Part shown: in pieces, positions 13,235 through 26,458 of the stretch | Layout of the letters: every line of letters begins with the position of its first letter | Position numbering within the stretch: the stretch's first letter is position 1 | NCBI RefSeq assembly: GCF_006345805.1 | Contig: NW_021825323.1 | Span: 682,001 to 746,000, forward strand | From: Octopus sinensis | Taxonomy: Eukaryota | Reading direction: 5' to 3' | DNA: 64,000 nucleotides | Made by a program: the position numbers and the translations under genes | Notes under the pieces: generated by a model | Database searches by the model: none | What the model was told of the DNA's origin: nothing | The model's input: the letters and a program-made list of their open reading frames with translations, nothing else

Positions 13235-14953
13235 GTGATTTCTAGTTATCTTTATGGGTCGTGTTCAAAAAAAGTCAGAATGTATAAAGATGAATATATT
13301 TCTCTTGGATTTATTAAAGATCCTCAAGATCCTAATAAACCACTTTGTCTTCAATGTGGTACAATTTTTTCGAATGAGGCAATGAAACCGTCTCGTTTGA
13401 TTGAACATTTAAAGCGAAAACATCATAATTCAATTGGAAAAAAGCCAGACTTTTTTCTAGAATTAAAAAAGAATTTGATGAATGTCAAGAAGAATTAATA
13501 TGAATTTCTAATGAAATTGAACAATCTTTAATTTTATTTTTCAGAGAACGCAAGTTTTCAGTCCAACTGACGAATCAGTTGTTGTTGATAATCAGTCAAT
13601 TTTGATGGCATATGTAAGGTATTACTTTTTATAAATACTTTTATAAAGATATTTCGATTATGATTCTATTTTGCAAGAAGAGTTATTATTTGCAAAATCT
13701 TTAGTCACGGATACTACAGGATTGTCAATATTCATAATGTTTGAATCTTATTTATTCTTAAATGATATTCCATTTGAACATATTTTATCGTGCGCAACTG
13801 ATGGCGCAATGGCTATGGTTGGAAAATATCGTGGTTTTTTAGCTTTTCTAAAACAAAAATCTCCAATGTCCACTTCAATTCATTGTATTTTACATCGGCA
13901 TCATTTAATTGCAAAAAAATTATCTGAAGAATTGAATGCCTCAATGCAAATTGTTATCAAAGTTATCAATAAAATTAAAAGAAACAGCAAGTACGATCGT
14001 ATTTTTCGTGAATCCTGCACTAATCAAAATGAAGATTATGTTAGGTTACTTTTACATACCGAAGTAACATGGTTATCCAAGGGAAATTGTCTTGAAAGAT
14101 TTGTGATATTATTTGATGCAATTGTTGATTTTTTAAGATTACAAGAAGAATTTAAATTGTTTAATTCCTGCAAAATTCATAGAAAAAATATTTTTTATTT
14201 AAATTGGATTTTTAAAAAATTAAATGAAGTTTCATTGGCTTTACAAGGAGATTATGTTAATTTAATTGATTGAAAACGAATTATAAATACATTCATTGAA
14301 AAAATTCAATTTTACAAATTTAATTTAAGTAATAGAAAATTTGGAAAATTCGATTTTTATGACCACACTTTTGATGACAACGATCTGAAAATTTATGAAT
14401 TTCATTTAGAATCTTTGGAACAAGATTTGAAAAAAAGATTTGAAGATTTAATTAATTTAAACTTTTCTGATTGGATGATTAATCCTTGGTTGCCCATTCA
14501 TTATGATTCTGATGATGAATGTCAAGAAGAATTAATAGAACTAAAAAACGACGAAGAACTGAAAATAAAATTTAAAAATGAAAACCTGACACAATTCTGG
14601 GGAGAAAAATCTATAAAATGAAATTCCCGAAATTATGGGAAAAATGATGCCAATAATATTATGTTTTCCTACGTCATACTGCGTAGAGAGAGGATTCAGC
14701 ACTCTGAATAGTATGATCGGAAAAAAAGAAACAAACTAAATATAGAAGAAAGAGGCGACATTAGAATTACACTTACGAAAAGAAGTACAAATTTTTAAAA
14801 ACTTGTCAATCTTCATCAACCACAAGGATCTCATTAAAACTCTTATTTTTTAAATAAAAATTTTTACTAATGAAATAAGGGGGCGATATAAAAATTGGAG
14901 GGGCGAAAAAAATTCCAAGGGGGCGATACAAAAATAAAGGTTGAGAACCACTG
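13235..14953 (+). mobile_element. hAT (Buster/ZBED5-SCAND3 type) transposon, left end missing, internally deleted
   Basis: BED finger CLQCG..AMKPSRLIEHL, CATDGAMAM, LLHTEVTWLSKG, FPTSYCVERGFS; right TIR GGTTGAGAACCACTG ending 14953 then GTCTAGAC; 30-nt intron 13619-13648. Confidence 0.9.
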
Positions 14954-14961
14954 GTCTAGAC

Positions 14962-16190
14962 AATGAACCCGAAATGGAGATCGTTGCTAAAAGTTTGCAT
15001 GACTTCTCGAATGGAAAAGTTAACAAAATTGAATATGAATGTCGACAACGATATTTCACAGTTAAAAATGAGATTATTCGAAAGTCATTTGAAACTGTGA
15101 AATTTGTAAGTTTGCGCGACCCTTAAAGTTTTAACTTTTTAAATCCTAGATTGGAGATATAAATAACCATGTCTTTGCATCTTGCCCAAATGAAAGATTT
15201 CAGATAGATCTTATAGATCTGAAAAGTTTTTCTACTATAAATAAAAATTTTAAATGGATTTTAACGGTCATTGACGTATATAGCATGTTAGTTTTTTTAA
15301 CAATTTTATAGATTTGCATTGCGAGGCCGCTCTACACTAAGTCCTCAAATGAAGTTTGTGAAAACCTCAGATCATTATTTTTCTTAAATGGTCCGTGTCA
15401 ATTTTTTCAGTCCGATAATGGGACTGAATTCAAGAATCGTGAAATGACCAATCTATGTGAGGAATTCAATATCAAACGAATTCACGGAAGGCCAAACAAT
15501 CCCCGCTCACAAGGGATTGTCGAACGCTTCAACCAGTCAATTACAAGAAAAATGGCAAAAATGATCGACAATGATAATAAAAAGTGGCTGGAAAAATTAG
15601 AGAATGCAGTGTACAGTTATAACATTTCTGTCCACTCATCTTCTAATGAGAGCCCTTTTGAAAGATACCGGGGAATAAGTGGAATAAATACAATATTTTA
15701 TGGTTGTAATTATAAAATTATTCCTTAGATAATTTAAGTAATGATTTGTTGAGTCCTGATCAAGTCGATGATGCAAATAATTGTCCGAGTCCAATTGAAA
15801 ATTCATGTAATTTGAATTTCTATATGTAGATGATTGTAATTATTCGTTTACAAGTCCGAAAAGATTTCATTCGAAATCAACCCCATTGATCTTAATTCTA
15901 ATTATTACAAACTGATGAACATAAAAATGAATGTTCACAATAGTAAGTATGAATTTAGTGTTGGTGATAAAGTATGCATCAAAATTAATGTTTAGGTTCG
16001 AGTTAAAAAAGACTTTGGAACAAATCCTTCGTTGCGACTGGATAAGTTTGAATCTCCATATTATCCATCTGCAGAAATTATCAGTATTTTATCAAACAAT
16101 CGCGTTGAGGTAGTTTAAACATTTAAATTTAATAGATAAAAAATTCGATGAGCGAAATTTCGATTGTCAAAAAGGTTTATTTTGAAATAG
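14962..16190 (+). mobile_element. Ginger-like (integrase-type DDE) DNA transposase, degenerate, with micro-introns
   Basis: ERFQIDLID, WILTVIDVYS, FQSDNGTEF, HGRPNNPRSQGIVERFNQ, YSYNISVH, FSVGDKV; no gag/RT; GT-AG introns 15287-15311 and 16110-16135; termini not identified. Confidence 0.75.
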
Positions 16191-16361
16191 TTATAAATTA
16201 CGAACTTTCAATGGAGAGGCAAATCAACAAAGAAAATATAAAGGTTGATTGCACCCTTTAAAAGTAGATCTGTGATCAAAAAAGTCTATCATGGTAGAGG
16301 TCTTCTCAAAATTGAAAAAAATAAGAAATCAACAATTATCTTCAGACAATTTATCTTTCTT

Positions 16362-16781
16362 ATTTATTTATTATTAAAGACCAAACACGGGCAAAGCCAG
16401 TTAATTATAGTTATTCCCGTGATCGCCGATCCAAACGAGGGAGATCCTTATGAAAGGTTCGATCCTGCCCGCATGATCGGCCTGAGACGACGATGTCCCA
16501 GGGTCTGAGAGCTAGAGGTCCTTTTTCGGTAGGCATTAAGTGCCTCCTGAGCGTTGCCATATCCGATTGGAATTTTCCAACTGACATGGTGGACCCCATA
16601 ACGCCACGCTAAGACCGGAAGGTAAGAGATCCCCATTTCCAACTGTGTCGTGCCAGAAGTACTCGTTGCCTCACGGGCAGGGGAACGATAACGAGAATTG
16701 GCCCCAGGATGGAAACTGACCTCCTTCGGAATCGAACTCACGACTGTCCAAATCCATAGCTTAGTCTTCAGCCAAGGGGGC
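16362..16781 (-). mobile_element. tRNA-derived SINE, full length (subfamily A)
   Basis: 12-bp TSD TTTATCTTTCTT (16350-61, 16782-93); head GCCCCCTTGGCTGAAG (A box at tRNA positions 8-15) and GTTCGATTC (B box); (TAAA)n-like tail. Confidence 0.92.
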
Positions 16782-16899
16782 TTTATCTTTCTTGATTATA
16801 AAGTGCAAAAAAGAAATCTTATATTTATTTAGAAAGAATTAATCAATTAACAACTTTACAAAAAATATAAAAACCATAAAAACTAATTTGTTTTTAATT

Positions 16900-19800
16900 A
16901 TCAAAAATATTTATCCCCGATTAGAAATCAGATAAACCTATAAATAGTCTATAAAAATGAAAAGACAACTTTCTCCAAATTCTTATCAGAAATAATACGA
17001 CAAATTGTGTGAGTGGAAGATTCATTTGTTCTGTACAACTGAATAATCCCTGAAGATGTTTCTATTTATATGAATGATTATAACAAAAATACGAAATTCT
17101 GAAATAAGTGTCTCGGGGTCAAAACTCGAAGGAGCCTTGAGCATTTCTTGTACATGCAAAACTGAATCGACATCAATATACTCGATGACACAAGTGGGAA
17201 GGACGGCAATATTTTAGATCCGAAATCTACAAATACAATATAAATACAACATTTTTTCCCCAGATTATATTCATCAGACTTCAAAAATATACATTATAAG
17301 AAAAACCTTTAACAAAGCAGTGGAAGGTGGAGAAAGCTGTCGATTAATAAAATTAGAAATTGAATCGACGGAGTTTTCAAATGTTTTAAAATGACTTATC
17401 TTCTTCCCAATCCAGTCCACCAGTCCTAAATATATGAAAAAGGGTTATAAAAGGTACGAGGGTTTATCAATTTAAAAACCTTCCGAATATCGATTATATC
17501 GACAATCAAGAAGAACCATACAAGCCCAGTCAGAACAAGAAATAATTATAAGGCAAAAAACCTATGTCTAAGACACCTCCCCAATGCTTGATTAACCGCT
17601 CTGTACATCGAATCCACAACCCACTGGCTGGAATGATCATTTGGCATAAACTCCTTATTGTAAACAATTTTTGCATTGACCTAGAAATACAAAACTGAAC
17701 AAATAACGGCAGGAGATGTGACGTTGACAAACGGTTGACTCACCCAAATAGTCAAGAACAAAAAATACTATAATTGCTGCACGTGATGCTTTGTCGGGAA
17801 AGTTGACGCCTTCACTCATCCTCCCCCTGCACACACAAAAAAGCACAGCCCCTTAAAACTCGAGTTTGAAATTAATAACAACCTTTATCTTTAGAGGAAG
17901 CAGCAATGTAGGATGTGACAAGATTACTGCTTTCCTGAGCCGATTGACACTCAATATCAGAAAATAAAGATTTTGTCGCCTTTATCTTATCAAAAATTCC
18001 CGATGACTGTTGAAATAAAAAATCAAAAAAACTTTCCAGAAAAAAGAAATGTTGACATAAAATCTCCTTGAAGGAAAGAAACAAATAGCCCCATTTGGAA
18101 TAACCTGAAAATAAAAATCAATCAAACATACTTCCAGCAACTTAAGTATACTCAGACCAATAGAATTGGCATATTCTTTATCCATAGAGTTACGATAAGC
18201 TCCATGTAATGTCACATTGTCAGGTCCATGGGATATATACCCAGCCCAAAACTAATTGTCTTGTAGAGTATCAAATTACCTTATAAGGACTGAAATAAAT
18301 ACCAGCGTTCAGAGTGTGTGGAAATTCAGCCCCTAACTCATTAATGAGATACGAGAAAGGCGTAATCGTGCCACTAACAACGCTGATCATTCGAGCATTT
18401 TTGGCGATCCCTGAGAATATCTAATTGAAATCACATTCATTAAAAATTAGACTATTTTAGACGAAAGACAAAGCAATTGAAAGGATACATCCCACCCTTT
18501 AACCTCGTCAAATCTTTTATTGATGATAAGCCTATTCATCAGTTTTTAAATATACCTGTAGTCGTTGTAACGGGCCTCATCATGCCCATAGAGCAATCTG
18601 AGACATGCCATTAACTTCCCTATAAATTCTTTTCCTGAAGAGTAGTTCTCGTTCATCATAGGAATAACATCTTTCGAGCTAAAAGGGGGCTTTGAAACTG
18701 CTTTTATATTCCTCTAAACATTAAGAAAAGAACTTGAAACAAATAAATCAGGATAATCATTCGGTCCAATCGACATTCGTTTGAGCCTTTCTATCATGTC
18801 GAAACCGGTGTACGATGCAAAAAATTCATTGTTATCGTAGTTCAAGGCCAAATCAGTATAAGACCTGCAGAAGCTCGATATTTTTTGGGCCTATTAAACA
18901 AAAAAATTAAATACTAGGTCTGAGACAATCGAACAATATTTTATGGACGCGTCAGAAGAAAGGTCTGTAAATGTTAAGGGGATCAGTATAAAACCTATTT
19001 TACTCATATATTTGTGAATTTTATCGAGTTCGTCAACGTGATATTGTATTGATGACCGATCACGACACAATTCATCCAAGTTGTGTCCTTCGTCAAAAAT
19101 TACTACATTCCCGCGTAATGGAATGGAAAACTAAAACTACAATAAAATGGCATACATGTTCGTCAGAGTCACTTCCAAATATGTAGTGATACGGACTTAT
19201 AACTAAATCTGCATCATTAACCAACATTTGTGCTGAGTAGTAGGGACAGACCTTAAAAAATATGAATCAACAAACTTTAGACTTTTCCCCGAATCTAACG
19301 AGATCTTCAATATCCCACGATCCAACTGAACTGAAATGCTCCAACAAGTCTAATTTCGAAGATAGTCCAAAATAGTAAATACAACTTCCGCTTTTTGTCT
19401 ACATGTAAAAAAGTAGAATACCAAATGCTTGCATATACCTCCTTGTCGGCCACTAACAGCGGATACTCTTTTATCGAGGCAGGTATGATGTCTTGAACTC
19501 AGTACGGACATTCTGCAATAAATTTATAATGTATTTTTATTATTTTAGAATCAAACAAATTCAGAATGATCACCTGACGTCGTTGTATACTGTTTTTTTA
19601 AGTTCATTTACGACTTGTTTGATTTGTTCGTGAGTTTTAGTAAGATATATTATTTTGGGCGGCTTTTTAATTGTTTTCTGATTTTGTTCGGATAAAGATA
19701 AATTTGGAGAAAATTTTTCAATCTCAAAATCGTCATCAACGACTAAATCAATTTTTAGGACTTAAAAACTGTCAACAACGCGTTTCGCTGGCAAAGGATT

Positions 19801-20122
19801 AGACGACGAAATGCTTCTCTGCCAAGCGAGAGAAGCACAGAGAAGAGCCATAGTTTTACCGCTGCCTGTAGGCGATTCAAGCATACAATTTTCTTGTTTT
19901 TTCATTCCTTTTATAAGCTAAAACATATGAATATATTTAAACCGTTTCCATTAGAGCTATTTGGGATTGGTAAGGAGTGTAAGGAAAATGTATTTGTACA
20001 CCTGACAATGTTATTATGTTGTCTCGTAATTTATTTGAGGCTTCTAATGATAGCTAATCAAATTATTTTAATTATAATAATACGCTCACTTTGCGGCGAA
20101 GCATGTGTCCAACAAGGATCAT
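16900..20122 (-). CDS. BRIP1: Fanconi anemia group J DNA helicase (Fe-S DEAH family)
   Basis: GVQIHFPYTPYQSQIALM, CMLESPTGSGKTMALLCASLAWQ, CPYY, VIFDEGHNL, VCRGRMSEGVNF, RAVNQALGRCLRH; GSGK..LLC..LAWQ fits FANCJ better than RTEL1; both ends approximate. Confidence 0.85.
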
Positions 20123-20209
20123 TCAAATCTGAGAGCTGAATTGTATTTGACGCGATTTTATTATTTTGATTAAGTTTTTAAATTAAGTTTAATGATACAT
20201 TCTATGATA

Positions 20210-20960
20210 ATACCGTCTGTCAGAATATTACCCATTTTTTCAAAAACGTTTCTATGTCTAGTTTGACTACCAAGTGGAGGAAATTGGGACTAAAATTAAG
20301 AATTTCCGGACAGTGTACACCGCGCGGAAAAAGTTTGTTAGTCAAACTAGTCCAGAATTTTTGAAGCAGCTTTAGCTGGCAGTCAACAGGAAACGTTTTC
20401 CGATCACAATTGAGCAGATTCCGCCGTCGTTTTTTGAATACTAGATGAGCTGAGAAGAGCAGGTTTAGCTCTGATCGCTGCACAGGTGTCTTTAAGGCCA
20501 GCTTGTTGCTGGCTATCTTTTAATTCTTTGATTATTTGTGACAGTGTCAATGGGCAGCTTGTTTTAGGAAATGCAAAGGTAAATGAAATAGAGATGTTTT
20601 CCGACGGACAAAATTTTATGTTCATTATGCTTGACAGATCATGAGAGATTTGAGTTACTTTTGTTTTGTCGGATTGGCACGCCTACCAGTAAAGAAGCGC
20701 AACTGACCATGCGCCACCGATTGTCCTGCTAGTTCAGGATCAGAGCATCGTTGATAAGAGCAGTCAAGCAAATGCTGCTTGAATACAGGCGGGTTTGGGG
20801 ATTTTGATTTGGATCTTCGTCGAGGGCTCGAAAAGCAAGTGGTGTTTAATAAGCTGGTGTTTAAATGTGGTCGGAAAGAAAAATGTTTTAGATAGCTGAG
20901 GGTAAGATGTGAAAACAGTTTGAATGATGGAGGAAGAGCAGTGCCAAAGCGTGATTACTA
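20210..20960 (-). mobile_element. Degenerate APE endonuclease remnant of an RTE-type LINE
   Basis: With frameshifts: CIQ(E)H, WRMVSCAS..GV, AQL, KLDIETFLKKW resemble RTE APE motifs (CIQEHR, WTFVSAS, NAQIG, QLDYIFINKKW); many stops. Confidence 0.5.
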
Positions 20961-20988
20961 ACGCTGCTTTTTTAGACATCTTGTTGCA

Positions 20989-21167
20989 ATATATGTGAAA
21001 ATAGGCGCTTCGTGAAGAGCGGCGGATCTTGTTCTTCGTTTACGACTTTAGCCCCAAAACCGCCCTGTTTCCTCTGCGAATCCTTTCTCCGTAAGGCCTG
21101 CCATATTTTTTCCTCTAGCGAGAACAAGATCCGCTGCTATTTACGAAGCGCCTATTTTCACATATAT
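20989..21167. repeat. Foldback element / MITE with 47-bp inverted arms
   Basis: 20989-21035 versus reverse complement of 21121-21167 match with 3 mismatches; TA-rich ends. Confidence 0.85.
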
Positions 21168-21169
21168 CT

Positions 21170-21850
21170 TTTCGAATCTAAAATATCTGCCGTCTTTCCC
21201 AGTTGAACCACACTCTGGAAAATTTTTTTGTTGGGCATCTCCACGCTCTTTTTGAGGTTGCGATTTTTCGAAGACTGTTTAGATCGTAACAATCCGGCAT
21301 GCTTTAGGTCATTATTTATGACCAGTGGTAGAATCGTCCGTGGCCTGCTTCGAAAAGGCCCAGGCATTAAAAGTATGTTTTCATTGCCGGAACACAGGAA
21401 TCCATCCATAGTGAGTGGCCAAAGATTTTCCATCGGGTCGTAGTAATAATTATCTCTAACTTTTCTGCCTGCTTTAGAAACGGAGTATAAGTCTTAGTTC
21501 TTGATTTTTCTCGGATGGTGTATTTCCAGTAATGACCTGAGTTGTTTCCTGTGAAAAAGACTGAGATTCTCAACAAATTTCTGATTCAGACCCCATGTTT
21601 CTAAGTTGTACTGTAAGATGGGCAAAATGAAAGGATTGTACAAACATATCGACCAGTGATCTCATTCATATCGTCAGTGACTTTATCTTTTTGTTTAACT
21701 GTAATGAAATCAGTCTTTTTTTCGTAATTTTAAGAACCATTCTCCAAATACTCAAGAAGCGTGGTTAAGTGAAATCCTGATGTCATTATTATTCTTTGAA
21801 ACAAAATCCATGTCGTCTGCATATATTAATTCCGTGATAGAAGTCGGGCC
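21170..21850 (-). mobile_element. RTE-type LINE remnant (RT C-terminal part and 3' region)
   Basis: ELIYADDMDF, LPILQYNLETWG, HRKQLRSLL, RWKIFGH, RPRTILP; disrupted. Confidence 0.75.
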
Positions 21851-21961
21851 AATTTAAAATTTATTATTATTAATCTATAAAAATAAACTGAATATATGTT
21901 TTAAATAAAACACGTGTTATATTTATTATTTTGTGTGGAAATTTTTGAAAAGGAAGTTCTA

Positions 21962-23479
21962 ATGAAAATTAAATGTAATATTTTCTGAAACTTATTTCGT
22001 TAGTAAAAAATCAAAAACTTTTAAATAATTGTATCAAAAAACTGGAAAATAAGGTATAATCTATAATAATTTCCTCAGAGACAAAATAAACAAAAAAGGG
22101 GTAAGATAAATAATGAATTAAATTCTAATTTAGAACGACCGAAAGAACCTGCACCTGCAAATCTTTCAGAATTAATGTCAAATGCAACAAGCCGTGGACT
22201 TGTTTACGAATCTAAGACTAATTTGTCCCAAAAACACTGTTATAATGTATGTAATGAGAATTCTGCCAAGTTGTATTCCCATGAAGTGAATAAAGTATTT
22301 TTAATACAAACCCTCAGGTCATTGAACAATCGGATGTTATCATTGAAGTTATCGACGCACGTGACCCAATTGGTTCGAGATCCCGAGAAATAGAAGCCAA
22401 AGTATTGGCTAATGGTAGTTCAAAACGCCTTGTAGTTTTGCTGAATAAGATTGGTTAGTCTAAAACTGCCATAATTAAGATCTTGTTCCCCCGCTTGTAA
22501 TGAAAGACTGGCTCAAACAACTTCGGACTGAACTGCCTACAATTCCCTTCAAAGCATCTACGCAAACTCAGTCATGCCAATTGGTATTTTTGGAAAACTG
22601 TATTTGTAAGGGACGGTTTGATGACTTTTTTACTCTTGGCGATCGAGAATTAAAACAATCTCAATGTAGTGGTGCTGACCTTCTTTTACGGCTACTTGGA
22701 AATTACTGTCGTTGTCAAGATATACGGACAAAAATAACTGTTGGAGTTGTTGGTACTTTCTTTGGCTTTTTTATATTTGAGGATATCCAAATACAGGCAA
22801 GAGTTCGGTAATTAATAGTCTGAAACGGAAACGAGTTTGTAACATTGGTCCTTTAGCAGGGGTTACCAGGTGTTTATTGTACAGTGATTTATCAGATCTC
22901 TCCAAACAGTGCAACTGACTCAATATCTGGAGCTTATTGACAGCCCTGGAATCATATTCAAGTCCCCTCAGGATGATCCTGTCAAAGCCGTGCTTGCTAA
23001 TTGTGTATGTCCTCAGCAGATCACGGATCCTATTTCTGTTGCTACGGAGATTATAAAATTGGTCACTCCGGATGAGGTTTTATGATTTGGATAAAATGTA
23101 GATGATTCGAGTGTATGGATTACATGGGATTTCTGACGTGGAACAGTTATTGGCAGAACTAGCCACGAGAAATGGTTGTATTAAACAGGGAGGAGTGCCT
23201 CACTTAGAGGGAGCAGCTCATTTGCTTATACGAGACTGGAATAAGTATATTTCTGTTGTGTATTAAAATAGTGGGAAGATTCTTCATTATGTGCCTGTTT
23301 CGTCTGCTTATAAATGTCGTCATTTGGATCACGTTGATTCTAAAATTGTGGAAAAAATGAGTAAGGAGTTTGATATTGATGGTCTTTTATTGTTTGATGG
23401 TATTTAATTTTTCATTTTCTTTATAGACGATCATGTTCAAGACGGTGATATGAACAAGGATTTGGAAATGGATTGCTAA
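21962..23479 (+). CDS. GNL3: Nucleostemin/GNL3-like circularly permuted GTPase
   Basis: [57 protein letters not shown]; 23-33 nt introns; start codon tentative; GNL3 vs GNL3L not resolvable. Confidence 0.88.
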
Positions 23480-23689
23480 CATTTTGATTTATTATTTTTT
23501 TAACGTTTTAAAGAGTCATAATTTAATGATTTAAAATCGTAGTTTGCCAATAAAATAAAGGTGATTAATGACAACAAATACCTTTCTTAGTATTAGTTTC
23601 TTGAATGCCTTTAATTTAATTACAAAATAAATAATTTGGCCGACGTGACAGGATCTTTACTAAATTTTTTTAAAAAAACCTCAAACATA

Positions 23690-23994
23690 GGAGGGAACAT
23701 CGCCTACTAAGGGATTGCTTTAAAAATGCCCCAGCAGATTGATTTTTGGAATAGCTAGGTCAAAGGTCTGAAAAAATCCGTGCCCTGATCACCGAAATGA
23801 TTATACATAAACTCCTACCAAAGGATTTTCCGCACTTGAAGGGAAGATCGTCGTCCTATCAGAACTTCTCTCATTCTCACGGTCGAGCCCATCAGGTTCG
23901 ACTACGGAAGAAAATCCGGCCTAGATTTAGTGCTCTCTTTCAATGTCAATAAGCGATGCATGTCGTATAAATTTTCCGGCACTATGCTTTACTA
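23690..23994 (-). mobile_element. CRE-like RLE retrotransposon fragment, abutting a hAT insertion
   Basis: SAGKFIRHASLID..RALNLAGFSSVVEPDG..TIFPFKCGKS parallels RAIELAGFPSTLEP..TTFPFREGKSL at 54449. Confidence 0.65.
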
Positions 23995-24800
23995 CAGGCA
24001 TTCTCAACCTTTTTTTGTTCATCGCCCCCTTAGATATTTTGTCGCCCCCTTTGAAATTTTATCGCCCCCTTGTCCACATACAATTTAAAAATTTTTGGGC
24101 ATTGTCCCTTAATTGGTTGTTTTTTTGTATATAACTCAAAAATCAAAATATAAAATAATAATCAAATGTAAAAAATAGAATTTTTATTAAAAATTATTAG
24201 CGAGACCCTTGATATTGATGTTACTCGCTAAATATTCTATGTCGGGTTTAATTCTGCTCAACTTTAGGCGTATATCGCCTCTATAACACACTTGCAGTCT
24301 ATTCTTTCACATTGTGTATATGATTGACAAAACTAAATCCACTTTCAACTAAATAAGCGGTAGGGAATGTCAATAGTACATTACTCATTTCCTTCCATAA
24401 ATTTGGAAATTTCATTTGTAGATCTTTTGATTGCCAAAATTTAGAGATACCATCCTGTTGAAATCTGTGAATATATTCTTCATTATATTTCAATTCAATT
24501 ATCTCTTCTTGGATTGTTTCGTTCATATCTTCTGGCACACATGAAAACGGATCAATCATCCATGCTTCAAATTCCAAATCAAACAAATCTTTGAATCTAA
24601 GAGATTTTAAATATAAAATTTAAGGATTAACACTATAGAAAAAATATTAATAAATCTGAAATCTGAAACATTATTAAAATTAACATGTATAAATACTTGT
24701 ATTATATTAAAATTCGAATATTTTATTAAATATATTATCGCCCCCCTGTACAAAATTTTCGCCCCTAGGGGGGCGATTCGCCCCCGGTTGAGAACACCTG
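23995..24800 (-). mobile_element. hAT deletion derivative retaining transposase C-terminus
   Basis: TIRs CAGGCATTCTCAACC / GGTTGAGAACACCTG; perfect 8-bp TSD CTTTACTA (23987-94, 24801-08); FPTAYLVESGFS..RGDIRLKLSRIKPDIE; subterminal GGGGGCGA repeats shared with 30586-31638. Confidence 0.95.
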
Positions 24801-24987
24801 CTTTACTAATTATAAAATTCCTTATTTGTAGTGATTTTTTATTTTAAAATCCTAAAATACGTTTTTAAAATATATTTAGACTCTAGCTTATTTTAAATAC
24901 TCTGATTTACGAATGAAACTATGCGCGAAAAAAAGAAATTGTAAATAAAGGTTATTTATAAAAAAAATGAAATAGTCTCGATACTCA

Positions 24988-25553
24988 CTAGCGCTTCGAT
25001 CGTTTAGCCATCATTTCGATATATTTTTTTTCTCTCAAAAAATATTGATAATATTTATTTCTCTCAGACTTAAATATCTGAATAAATTCTTCCAATGACA
25101 GTTTTTTTTCATAAAAATCATTGACCAATTTTTCTGATTTTTCATCAGAGAGAGAAGCTTCAATTTGCAATTGGTCGCGAACTAACTCACGCGAAATGCC
25201 ATGATTTCGCAATTCTATAAATCAATGAAAATAAATATAAAATGACCATTTTTGTTGGCTAAAGTTTGAAACTGGTCAAAAAGTGATGTGAGTTCTGCAT
25301 GTTCAGATTGGACAGATTCCCTCAGTCTATTATACTCTTCCCTTAACTGCAATGTTTTTGATGCAATCGAACAACAATCTGACGAAACTTCATTATAATG
25401 TGATTGGAGTTGCATTATCTTATTAATTAATTTTTTAAAGATAACTTGTGGTGATTTTCTTGTAAAATTGGTTGCCTTCTCCTCATCTTCACATATTTGC
25501 GTCAATTCGTCGTTTGAAAGAGTGTTTAGCAGTCCAAAAAACTCAGAATTCAT
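24988..25553 (-). CDS. VPS37: ESCRT-I subunit VPS37-like (Mod(r) domain)
   Basis: LSNDEL.. N-terminus; SDEKSEKLVNDFYEKKLSLEEFIQIFKSERNKYY resembles Mod_r C-terminus; two ~27-nt introns. Confidence 0.75.
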
Positions 25554-26099
25554 ATTTTAACAATCCAACGTCACTCAAATTGTTTCCAAAACACTAATAA
25601 ATTGAAACTAATCTATTATAAAAATATTATTTAATTTTTAATCAGTGATATATGAATCAAAGATAAAGGAAATTGAATAATTATTATCTGCTTTTCGGAC
25701 AAATAATATGTATGAAAATTTCTAACAAGAAAAACTAATATCCTTATTTGGACTATCGAAAAGGTATTTAGAAGGCGGATCTTGCTATTTCGAGTCGGCT
25801 TAAAAAACCGTAACCACATTCAACACAAGTCTTTGTAGTGATGAAGATATGCTGAGTCTCAAAAAGGCGAATTATTGTAAATTGAAAATTTTTTAAGGAA
25901 TAATTAGTCATTAATAAGTATACTATTAATTATTCAACTCAGATATAATTAAATCATCTTAAAATAATCTTTTGCCATTACTTGTACACGCGCACTAAAA
26001 TTTCCTATCAAATATGATTTTCGCATTGTTCATATTATCGACATAAACAATTGGCAATCTTCGATTTATTTGATCATAATATTCAATATAAACACAAAT

Positions 26100-26400
26100 T
26101 ACATTTTTTTCTGTTAGACAGACATGGTTTGAAATTGCCCAAAAAGTTGCTGAGCGAATTCAATGTGTATGAAAACACAGACATGGACTATGACGGATAT
26201 CCCAATGCACACCTCGATTGTTGTCAAACACAACAAAACAATATTATAATCCAGGATAAGATTATTATGATAGAGGTTAGCATCACACCTCTAGGTCATT
26301 TGCAGATAGAGGAAGTATGACGTCTTCGTAAACAAACGAGGGATTATGCACGACTCTATTGACCATCCCATTCCTTGTGGGATGACACGGGACCAAATCT
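26100..26400 (+). mobile_element. Old R2-like RLE fragment
   Basis: VVKHNK..QDK..IIMIEVSIT..LQIEEV resembles the NKPDI..LIEVGITSQD.LKQVEVEK motif at 8880-9524. Confidence 0.5.
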
Positions 26401-26458
26401 TACATTTCTATGATTTTCGAATAAAAATCGAAATATTCAGAATTATGTAAAAAATATA

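Noticed and set aside
16900-20122. RTEL1 or XPD call for the helicase
   Set aside because: N-terminal and motif I context (FPY..SQ..M, GSGKT.ALLC..LAWQ, DHTC) fit FANCJ better.
20270-20370. MADF/Myb-like stretch on plus strand (EEIGTKIKNFRTVY) suggesting Harbinger
   Set aside because: Short, no supporting transposase, and the opposite strand is better explained as an APE remnant.
24740-24800. Short spaced GGGGGCGA repeats resembling a CRISPR-like array (also 14875-14930, 30600-30670, 31560-31610)
   Set aside because: Subterminal transposase-binding repeats of hAT elements; eukaryotic context, no cas genes.
25620-25900. Small CxxC ORF reminiscent of ribosomal protein L37 (KTCVECGY)
   Set aside because: Lacks the first CxxC and conserved KG/GK and R-rich flanks; no coherent gene model.
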